NCBI GenBank assembly: GCA_041688145.1
Contig: JBDNIV010000048.1
Span: 1-11,031, forward strand
Length of the DNA: 11,031 nt
Direction of reading: 5' to 3'
Origin: Chlamydiia bacterium
GTDB taxonomy: Bacteria; Chlamydiota; Chlamydiia; Chlamydiales; JAAKFQ01
Shown: positions 1-6,611 of the stretch, one piece after another
Position numbering within the stretch: position 1 is the stretch's first letter
Layout: every line of letters begins with the position of its first letter
Position numbers and translations under genes: made by a program
The notes under the pieces: generated by a model
The model's input: only the letters and a program-made list of their open reading frames with translations
The model's database searches: none
Told to the model about the DNA's origin: nothing

Positions 1-56
1 CCAAGTGTAGGCACAGAAATTAGTAGCATGAAGCTCAGTATTCGCTGCCAAAGCAT
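1..56 (-). CDS. 5' end of a gene running off the left edge; signal-peptide-like N-terminus (MLWQRILSFMLLISVPTL...)
   Basis: ATG at 56 preceded by SD-like GAGGGTGA; frame open to the window edge; basic residue followed by a hydrophobic stretch. Confidence 0.6.
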   Translation of the reverse strand, partial: MLWQRILSFMLLISVPTL

Positions 57-130
57 AACATCACCCTCAATAAAGATTCTTTGGGTCGATTCTGTATTCC
101 TAACTTTAAAATAACAAGGTTTTTTTAATC

Positions 131-168
131 TGAATTAAGCGTTATCTATTACGCTCGCGCTCAATTCA
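131..168. repeat. Inverted repeat/hairpin just downstream of the aspartic protease gene
   Basis: Arms TGAATTAAGCG (131-141) and CGCTCAATTCA (158-168) form an 11-bp stem on the minus transcript with one G-U pair. No 3' U-tract, so not a canonical intrinsic terminator. Confidence 0.4.
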
Positions 169-175
169 TTAGCTC

Positions 176-1075
176 TCAAGGCTTCTCAATATAAATCAGC
201 TGCTTTGTAAAGTCGATGTACATGACATGATTTTTAATGAAGTCCATTCCTAGAATGCCATCAACATCATTTATCTCTTCTGTCATCTTGATAAAAAGAA
301 TATCCATTTCTCCATAATCTAAGCCCTGAATGGAAAATGTCTTAGACTGCATGATGGGCAGGTTATATTGTCTTTCTGCCTTGCTAATATCTCCAGGATA
401 TTTCGACTCATGCAAAATCACCCTAGTACACCCTGTATCTAAGAGCATCTTAAATACACCTAGATCTGTTGAGACGTTCACAATGATGCCCTTAGGGGTC
501 ATCTCAAAAGGTATTTTAGAGTACTTTCGAAGATCATACCCATCTTGCTTTAGCTTGAAAAAGCTATTTGATAAAATGAGCTTCGAGTTTTTTGAATCGA
601 GGAGTAGGTTCACTTTTTTCAGAAGGCCCCTTCCTATAGTGCCCACTGGATCAGGAGGGTCTTTATCTGACCTATTTGAATAGATTAAATATGCTTCTTC
701 ATCTACAGGATAAACTTCGACAATAGTTGAGTTGTTAAAAACAAATGAGCCTATTTGCGCTTTTTCTAAGCAGTATGCTGAGCGCTTGTATTCTATACCC
801 CTAAAGTTCTTGTATGTCTGAAGCTCTAATGAAGTTTTCCTAAGACCTCGTATATGGTCAGATAAAAGTTTCAACTCCAGCTTTGACCCTAGATCTAATG
901 ACATTGGATAGCAACTTTCTTGAATAGATACATCAACATACGGGATTCTACTCAAGTCAAATTTGACTGGCACTGACACATGGTATGAGTTTACTTTTTG
1001 AAGCAGGGCAGCTATGCAAAAAAATGATATGACAAAAGCTGAGCAGTATCTCCAATACGTTTTTACAAAGGACAC
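176..1075 (-). CDS. Two-domain retropepsin-like aspartic protease with N-terminal signal/anchor
   Basis: Motifs LDLGS...GTIGRGLL and LLDTGC...DGILGMDF...YIDF; hydrophobic N-terminus SAFVISFFCIAALL. Start reassigned to GTG 1075, 16 nt after the upstream stop, because the ORF-track start at 1210 overlaps the 111-aa gene. Confidence 0.85.
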   Translation of the reverse strand: MSFVKTYWRYCSAFVISFFCIAALLQKVNSYHVSVPVKFDLSRIPYVDVSIQESCYPMSLDLGSKLELKLLSDHIRGLRKTSLELQTYKNFRGIEYKRSAYCLEKAQIGSFVFNNSTIVEVYPVDEEAYLIYSNRSDKDPPDPVGTIGRGLLKKVNLLLDSKNSKLILSNSFFKLKQDGYDLRKYSKIPFEMTPKGIIVNVSTDLGVFKMLLDTGCTRVILHESKYPGDISKAERQYNLPIMQSKTFSIQGLDYGEMDILFIKMTEEINDVDGILGMDFIKNHVMYIDFTKQLIYIEKP

Positions 1076-1091
1076 AATATAATTTTTTCTG

Positions 1092-1427
1092 TTAATGATT
1101 AAAATCAAATTTAATTTTGCCTTCACCAGAAGCTCTTGTTTCTCCTCCGTGTCTTTCAACCTTGCCTTCAATAGAGACCGAAGGACCACCACCGTTACCT
1201 TTATACTCAATTTCCGCCCCTAGATGAGAATTACCATCACTATCTCCCCCTCCTTTGATAGTCACTGACCCTCCTCCTGATTCCTTGTCTTTGCATGAGA
1301 TGAAGTACTTACTAGAAGGGCGCTGTGAAACTTTCCTGCCATTCCAATCTACAGTTTCTTCTAAAGGTAAATCTGCAATGTTAAAATTATATTGACCTAA
1401 TACATTACCATAATTTTCTATCTGCAT
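1092..1427 (-). CDS. Small 111-aa protein with polar N-terminal leader and Gly-rich amphipathic beta-strand C-terminal half
   Basis: Perfect SD AGGAGG 5 nt before the ATG; 17 Gly in residues 51-111; alternating hydrophobic strands ending KIKFDFNH. Confidence 0.8.
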   Translation of the reverse strand: MQIENYGNVLGQYNFNIADLPLEETVDWNGRKVSQRPSSKYFISCKDKESGGGSVTIKGGGDSDGNSHLGAEIEYKGNGGGPSVSIEGKVERHGGETRASGEGKIKFDFNH

Positions 1428-1458
1428 AATTGCCTCCTGGTTAGATTTTAGGCCTTAG

Positions 1459-1487
1459 AGAATTAAAGAATTTTTTTTATTTGTCAA
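1459..1487 (-). promoter_or_regulatory. Putative sigma70-family promoter for the 111-aa/protease unit
   Basis: Consensus TTGACA at 1487-1482, 17-nt AT-rich spacer, weak -10 AATTCT. Confidence 0.4.
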
Positions 1488-1523
1488 TGAAGGCTGATTT
1501 AGAAAAAAGTGTAATGTACAAGA

Positions 1524-1552
1524 TTGCCTCCAAGAGAGCTATAAGTTACAAT
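1524..1552 (+). promoter_or_regulatory. Putative sigma70-family promoter for the 220-aa gene
   Basis: TTGCCT-N17-TACAAT, 30 nt upstream of ATG 1583; SD GGAGG follows. Confidence 0.55.
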
Positions 1553-1582
1553 TGTTTTCCAACTACTTAATCTGGAGGCTAT

Positions 1583-2245
1583 ATGTCTATAAATCCTATT
1601 TCTTCTTCGGACCTCAATCTTGCATACGAAGCTTTTGACGAGCTTGTGCCTCATATGAGTGCTATTAGGAAACTCTCAGATGTCGATCTTTTTGATGAAG
1701 CTCGTTATGAAGCTTTTGGCATAAGAGTCTTGCCTATTTTACAAAACGCTTTAGACAAGGTCGAAGACGTATTAAGAAATAGAGGTTTTTTTACTGAAGA
1801 TTTTGATCTAGTAATCGGTAAGTATCAACAAGATGCCAAAAAAATAGCTGATTTAGAGGAAAAAATCCAATATCTTAGACGAGAGCCTACCTCTTTAACA
1901 GACAAGCTCAGCGCGGAGTATAATAAAACTAAGACGTTTTCATCTTCTAACATAGCCGGCTCTTATTTGAGCTCATCTTCAGAATTTGAGCTTGAAAATG
2001 ACCTTAAATTCATAGAACTTCTTGGCAATATTTCAAAAACCTTTGATAGGGTGATTAGCGCATCAACAAAACGTGATGATAAAGAGCTTGTCCACTCTAT
2101 GGAGGATTTTGCAAACGCCTATAAAACCATCATGGGCTGTACCCCAGAATCCGAAATCGAAAAGATAATTGAATCTCTTGAACTAGAGCTTATAGAAGTT
2201 CAAGAGAGAAAAGGTTTAGATCTTGACCAAATACAACCCGCATAA
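1583..2245 (+). CDS. Hypothetical acidic, alpha-helical/coiled-coil protein; possible secreted effector
   Basis: 220-aa ORF, SD GGAGG, promoter match, heptad-like AKKIADLEEKIQYLR, Ser/Ile/Asn/Pro-rich N-terminus MSINPISSS. Confidence 0.8.
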   Translation: MSINPISSSDLNLAYEAFDELVPHMSAIRKLSDVDLFDEARYEAFGIRVLPILQNALDKVEDVLRNRGFFTEDFDLVIGKYQQDAKKIADLEEKIQYLRREPTSLTDKLSAEYNKTKTFSSSNIAGSYLSSSSEFELENDLKFIELLGNISKTFDRVISASTKRDDKELVHSMEDFANAYKTIMGCTPESEIEKIIESLELELIEVQERKGLDLDQIQPA

Positions 2246-2287
2246 TCGTATGATCTCGGGTCTGTATTTCCTGTCCCAGATAAAAAC

Positions 2288-2313
2288 CTAATTAAGCAAA
2301 CTTGCTTAATTAG
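2288..2313. terminator. Probable bidirectional terminator between convergent genes
   Basis: Perfect 12-bp inverted repeat CTAATTAAGCAA-AC-TTGCTTAATTAG with A-run to the left and T-run to the right; overlaps the stop codon at 2306-2308. Confidence 0.6.
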
Positions 2314-2776
2314 ATTTTAAACTTTTCTTGTAATGCATATTAGCATTATGAAGTCTCAAGTTAGCATAGAGCCCCACAACTGCTAGTAACAAGTTCAGTC
2401 CAACAAAAACTCCGCTAATGCCCCAGTCGATAGGAGATTGGATTGTCAGCCATTTTGGCGTGAATAATAGGGGGCGGTAGAAAGGCAAAGCAAGAAGCAT
2501 TATAAAATTTGCAACAATCACAACCTTCAAATACTTAGTTCCTGGTTTAGCGTAAGCGCAGCGGTATAAAATAAACCACGCCACTGCCATAGAAATAAGG
2601 CCCCAGCCAAGAGCATACAAAGTCCAATTTAATGGAAGAGCGTTCGCATGAAACTTAATTTGCAAAAGTTGATCCATAATGATCATATAAGAATTAAGGG
2701 CTATCGATGAAACAAAATATAAAAGCCAAAACTTTTTAGCTTTTTCTTTTTTTTCAAATAAACTAGCTTTATCCAT
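2306..2776 (-). CDS. Hypothetical membrane protein with about 4 TM helices
   Basis: Four hydrophobic segments, basic termini, loop YRCAYAKPGTKYL; SD AAGGTG. Confidence 0.8.
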   Translation of the reverse strand: MDKASLFEKKEKAKKFWLLYFVSSIALNSYMIIMDQLLQIKFHANALPLNWTLYALGWGLISMAVAWFILYRCAYAKPGTKYLKVVIVANFIMLLALPFYRPLLFTPKWLTIQSPIDWGISGVFVGLNLLLAVVGLYANLRLHNANMHYKKSLKSN

Positions 2777-2892
2777 AATTTTTCACCTTTTTCTTTATTA
2801 ACTTAAATCTGTTCTGGAAAATCACTGATCCGTGATTTTACAAAAAAAGGTGGGTAAAAACAAGGGGGTATTATTTCTTTGAAAGTAATCGT

Positions 2893-2926
2893 AAAAAACC
2901 CCAGGCCGCGGCTTAAGCAGCTTGGG
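2893..2926 (-). terminator. Rho-independent terminator of the 383-aa gene
   Basis: Minus strand CCCAAGCTGC-TTAAGCC-GCGGCCTGGG (10-bp stem, one mismatch, one G-U) followed by GTTTTTT; the stop codon lies in the loop. Confidence 0.65.
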
Positions 2927-4064
2927 ATTGACCAGGAATAATAGGTGTAATCTTACGAGCCTTAAAAGCTGCAAAAAGTTTGTAGGTATCTTCGGCAAAG
3001 GTCTTAGGCAATTCGGCTCCGAATAACTTGCGAAATGCATTTGTCGCTTTATAGACCGTTCTCATGGTCACAACAGCACCTACTGTTGAGATAATGACTT
3101 TTAACGCAGCCACTTTCACAAAAACCATACTAGCAATACCTATAATACCGATTGCAACGTGCCCTACACACTCTAACACATCAGCAGAGAGGTTAGACTT
3201 GTAGTTTGTCGATACGCGGCCCTGTAGGGCAATTAAGGCATCTTGGTGCTCTGATTTACTAAGATCAATACCCTCTTTATTCAGATGAAGCTCATGAGCA
3301 AATGTAGGTGAGACTATTTTTTCTAAAGCCGTCAGCTGGGCACGCTGCGCTCTTTTCACAAGAAGCTCACGCTTTTTGCTCGCAATAAGGCTCGTTTTAT
3401 CTTCGTTTGTAAGATTGGGGTTTAATAGCTCATCGATAAAAGCTTCTCTATCTGCTTTTATGCTATCATGACGCTCTTTGACCAAATTCTTAAGAGCGTA
3501 TTCTTGGCCAAATTTTTTATGTATATAAGCCTTGATTTTGTGGCCTATGTCTCCAAAGTAATCTCCCCAGCCATTGATCTCATCATCATAAGTCTTCCAA
3601 AGACTTTTGCTCTGATCCTCTAGGCTTTTACCCGACAGCTTACTCATTTTCTTATTGATAGAAGTCTCATCTATTGAAAAAAAAGAAGAATAGACTTTCC
3701 AGATAGCTTGAGCCTTTTCTTCAGTAGTATTGGCCTGCTTGATGCCTTTGTCGATCTTGCCGTGGAAGCTGACTTTTTTAACAAGCCAGTAAGCTTCAAA
3801 AGCTCCTGTCACGAGGTTAGTGACTCCTGATATATAGCCCGCTACAACACCACAAACAGAAGCTACTTGCTTAATCTTATCGATAATATGTCCTAGGTGC
3901 CCACCCGCCTGGGATATGCCCCCTAAAACTGTTAAAGAGGTCACGGAAACAAACTCCAAAGTAGGAATATAGAACCCGCCTTCTCGAGGGGGCTTAGAGG
4001 AAGTATTTATGGGAATCTGAGGGGCTATATTTCCTGGGCCCTGCATAATCACTGGAGTAACCAT
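2913..4064 (-). CDS. Hypothetical protein with N- and C-terminal hydrophobic regions around a charged helical core (Inc/translocator-like architecture)
   Basis: 383-aa ORF, SD AGGTGA; Pro-rich disordered N-terminus without Sec signal; hydrophobic VASVCGVVAGYISGVTNLV and VAIGIIGIASMVFVKVAALKVIISTVGAVV. Confidence 0.8.
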   Translation of the reverse strand: MVTPVIMQGPGNIAPQIPINTSSKPPREGGFYIPTLEFVSVTSLTVLGGISQAGGHLGHIIDKIKQVASVCGVVAGYISGVTNLVTGAFEAYWLVKKVSFHGKIDKGIKQANTTEEKAQAIWKVYSSFFSIDETSINKKMSKLSGKSLEDQSKSLWKTYDDEINGWGDYFGDIGHKIKAYIHKKFGQEYALKNLVKERHDSIKADREAFIDELLNPNLTNEDKTSLIASKKRELLVKRAQRAQLTALEKIVSPTFAHELHLNKEGIDLSKSEHQDALIALQGRVSTNYKSNLSADVLECVGHVAIGIIGIASMVFVKVAALKVIISTVGAVVTMRTVYKATNAFRKLFGAELPKTFAEDTYKLFAAFKARKITPIIPGQSQAA

Positions 4065-4146
4065 AATATCACCTATTATAAAAATATTTAGTTAGTATAA
4101 CTCCATTTTAAAACAAAAAAATAAAGAAAATATTAATATAATATTT

Positions 4147-5175
4147 CTATTTGAATAAATTTAAAGGGGAGGGCAATGAAAACCTCAAAAGACTGAGCTT
4201 ATCCCCCCAATTAACTGATTCCTCAGGACGGAGGACTAAAAACTCTGAACAATTTAGCTGAGCTTGCTTTTTAGCTTCCATAAGCTCATAAGCAGGTCTA
4301 AGCTTATCTTCAAAGGACAGCTTAAACGTGTGCCAGTGGCATCCAATGCTCAGCTTGGAGCCTACTTCTTGATGAATCTTAACGGCCTCACTGGGATCCA
4401 CATGAACAGGACCAAGAAACTTACGCGGCGCATAAGCGCCTATAGGAATTAGACTTAAATCCATATATCTGAATCTATCGCCAATAGCCTGAAAGTCTTT
4501 GCTATTATACCCAGTATCCCCCACAAAATAGAACCGTCTTAAGTTTTGCTTTTCACCTACCTCCACTACAAAACCTGCCCAATGGCTTTTGTTCCTATCA
4601 AAAAGGCCCCTTCCTGAGTAATGCTGCGCTGGCACAGCTGTGATGCAAATACTCTTGTCCAATCTTTTGTCTTGGAAGGAGCTCCACCATGGAATCTCTA
4701 TCGTATTTTTTATGCCTAATTTCCGAAACCACCTACTCAGCCCCTCTGGTAAAATCCAGGTGATATTTGGAAGTTTCTTATGAAGTGCTAAAACTGTGGG
4801 CTTATCTAAGTGGTCATAATGGTTGTGACTAATCAAGACAAAATCTATGTCTCCTAATTCGTCGATATTTGGATGGGGGTCTTGTCTTTTTGGGCCAAAG
4901 CCTTTTACTGGCGAGCAGCGTCTACTGAAGATAGGATCTGTCAAAAATTTTAATCCCTTTAATTCGATCATAAATGACGAATGTCCAAACCAAACAACCC
5001 GATTAGAGCCGTTGATACTAGTTCTATTCTCTTCTAAAGCAAAATCTGAAGGAGAAATAAGCTCTTCAGAAGAATCGCTGTGTTGTCCAGTAAGAAACCT
5101 GAACAGATCCATAAAGGAGCGCTTGTTTTGAGGATTAGTATTACTAAACCTTTTAGGCCGATTAGATTTATCCAT
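4147..5175 (-). CDS. MBL-fold metallo-hydrolase, NAPE-PLD/RomA-like family
   Basis: Motifs WFGHSSF, TDPIFS, ISHNHYDHLD (HxHxDH), PAQHYSGR, GDTGY, PIGAYAPR, HVDPSEA, HWHTF. Confidence 0.92.
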   Translation of the reverse strand: MDKSNRPKRFSNTNPQNKRSFMDLFRFLTGQHSDSSEELISPSDFALEENRTSINGSNRVVWFGHSSFMIELKGLKFLTDPIFSRRCSPVKGFGPKRQDPHPNIDELGDIDFVLISHNHYDHLDKPTVLALHKKLPNITWILPEGLSRWFRKLGIKNTIEIPWWSSFQDKRLDKSICITAVPAQHYSGRGLFDRNKSHWAGFVVEVGEKQNLRRFYFVGDTGYNSKDFQAIGDRFRYMDLSLIPIGAYAPRKFLGPVHVDPSEAVKIHQEVGSKLSIGCHWHTFKLSFEDKLRPAYELMEAKKQAQLNCSEFLVLRPEESVNWGDKLSLLRFSLPSPLNLFK

Positions 5176-5386
5176 AAGATGCCCTAATTTTTTTAGCTAT
5201 ATAGTGATATAAAAGACATAGCTTACCCAAAAAAATCGAATTACTAAAGGTCTTTAATCGAAAGAGGCTTGTAATTCTCAGGATCTATTTTAACGATTAA
5301 AGGATTTAAGCTAAGGCTAGCAACGGCTCTTGTTTGCTGTTTGGGTTTTGTAGATAGCAATTTTCCAATGATTTGAAGGGGATTTT

Positions 5387-5884
5387 CTATGACTTTTTAA
5401 TGTGGTCTAAGTTCTGGTATATACAAACATCAGGCCCAGGCTTATCCTCATCAGGCTCTACAACCACCTTAAAAGTATATTGAGGAAATTCAGACTCAAG
5501 CTTTAACTGCCATGACTTAGCCATACAATCAGCTAAAAGATCCAGAGCTTCTGCTGAACAGTCTAAGTCATTAAAAACGTATGCTACTTCATAAAAATTA
5601 AAGCTAGCAACTCCATTTTTAAACTGGTCCAAAGAAATTTTTCCGCGTTTATAATTTTCTATACACTGTTCTGCTTTAATCTTAGCATTAAATCCCTGTA
5701 AATTAGATGCGAGAAACACACACTCATCAATTTTTGTGAATTTAGGAAATAAAAGCTCATAGTAAAGCAGCGCATCTATAGGGCTGCCTATAGTATGTAT
5801 AAAATCTAAGGGGTCATCAAAAGTTTGACTAGTGTCTATATATTCATATTTTTCTTTTATAGCTTCTAATAGATGCATAACCAT
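5387..5884 (-). CDS. Putative immunity protein for the orphan toxin
   Basis: Starts 3 nt after the toxin stop (alternative ATG 5878 has AGGT upstream); acidic, 165 aa; C-terminal SWQLKLESEFPQYTFKV resembles the WxxKLxxxFPxxxFxV pattern I recall in toxin-adjacent proteins. Confidence 0.75.
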   Translation of the reverse strand: MVMHLLEAIKEKYEYIDTSQTFDDPLDFIHTIGSPIDALLYYELLFPKFTKIDECVFLASNLQGFNAKIKAEQCIENYKRGKISLDQFKNGVASFNFYEVAYVFNDLDCSAEALDLLADCMAKSWQLKLESEFPQYTFKVVVEPDEDKPGPDVCIYQNLDHIKKS

Positions 5885-5887
5885 TAC

Positions 5888-6547
5888 CTAGTACCCTGAT
5901 GGTAATTCCCACTTCTCAGGCTTTCTGCCTTTTAGAGACTTTCCAGGACCGCTTCCTTTCAACCTATCATAAATAATTGGGGGTTGCTGCTCTCCATGTG
6001 GCTGACCAACACCCCTAAAACGCTTAACCTCAACAAACTTACCTGTTACGGAGTTTTTTTCAAATGTTGTATATTTTTCTACTCTTCCAGAGCTGCCATA
6101 TTTAAACCTCGTATGGGGGCCTCCAGCTTGATGATCTGGCAAAAGTTTATTTTTTACCCTCGAGCCCATCTCTATTCTAGGCGATCTTATAACAGATGTG
6201 CTTCTATTTCTTGAAACGAACTGACGAAACTTATCCTGAATATATGACTTACCACAAAAGTAGGTTGTTCGAACAGTATTTGTTAATAAGGACCCCGAAC
6301 CCAAGGTGCAAAGTGTCCACCCTACCTCTCCCATGCGAGCGCAAGCCTCTAGAGCTTCGCTTGCTACTGATCCGTATACATAGCCTGTTTCTGAAAGGCT
6401 TGCATTTTCCTCTGATAAATATCTTTGAGCATTAGGAACCCCCACAAAAAGGCCATCTGAACTACTTAATTGATTTTCAAAACCACCAAGAAGATTGTCT
6501 ATTCTATGGCTTCCTATCCCACTACTAATATGTGCATATGTGGGTTT
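5888..6547 (-). CDS. Orphan Rhs C-terminal toxin fragment, Ntox24-like predicted RNase
   Basis: PDHQAGGPHTRFK...GRVEKYTTF...KRFRGVGQPH resembles the Ntox24 pattern (PDxxAxGPHTxF...YxTY...KRxxGxGxxH). Frame is open from 6547 with no ATG until well inside; first GTG at 6445 lacks a clear SD. Followed by a coupled small gene. Confidence 0.7.
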   Translation of the reverse strand, partial: KPTYAHISSGIGSHRIDNLLGGFENQLSSSDGLFVGVPNAQRYLSEENASLSETGYVYGSVASEALEACARMGEVGWTLCTLGSGSLLTNTVRTTYFCGKSYIQDKFRQFVSRNRSTSVIRSPRIEMGSRVKNKLLPDHQAGGPHTRFKYGSSGRVEKYTTFEKNSVTGKFVEVKRFRGVGQPHGEQQPPIIYDRLKGSGPGKSLKGRKPEKWELPSGY

Positions 6548-6576
6548 TTATGGGGGTCAGGCCTGTAATGATTGAA
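6514..6576 (-). pseudogene. Relic of a toxin tip paralogous to the main Rhs toxin (FNHYRPDPHKNPHMHILVVG*)
   Basis: 6533-6552 is 19/20 identical to 7092-7111; translation matches FNHPHPHKNPHMH; bounded by in-frame stops. Confidence 0.7.
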
Positions 6577-6611
6577 AGGTCACTAACAACAATATACCAC
6601 TTGTTATGTGC

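Noticed and set aside
330..683. 117-aa plus-strand ORF
   Set aside because: Antisense shadow of the protease; no SD or motifs.
1076..1210. 45-codon N-terminal extension of the protease given by the ORF track
   Set aside because: Overlaps the SD-supported 111-aa gene in another frame and would bury the signal/anchor; GTG 1075 fits better.
2822..3040. 72-aa minus-strand ORF
   Set aside because: Overlaps the 383-aa gene out of frame and crosses its terminator.
4147..4210. Possible frameshift at the C6 run (4203-4208) creating a spurious C-terminal tail
   Set aside because: Frame is open and all motifs lie upstream; cannot be supported without homologs or reads.
4264..5131. Plus-strand ORFs 4264-4452 and 4847-5131
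   Set aside because: Antisense to the conserved MBL hydrolase.
4147..5175. Calling the MBL protein an antibiotic-resistance beta-lactamase
   Set aside because: Motifs (PIGAY, HxSGR, HWxTF) fit the NAPE-PLD/RomA-like branch, and there is no signal peptide.
5984..6435. Plus-strand ORFs 5984-6214 and 6196-6435
   Set aside because: Antisense to the orphan toxin; no features of real proteins.
6482..6547. YAHISSGIGSHRIDNLLGG as a decayed Rhs core end (YAHVHNSPIMQYDAFGLLG)
   Set aside because: YAH is an alternate-frame reading of the PHMH relic and the rest matches too weakly.
6581..6610. Hairpin (CAC-TAACAA/TTGTTA-T-GTG) after the immunity gene as a terminator
   Set aside because: AT-rich bulged stem with a long loop and no proper U-tract.
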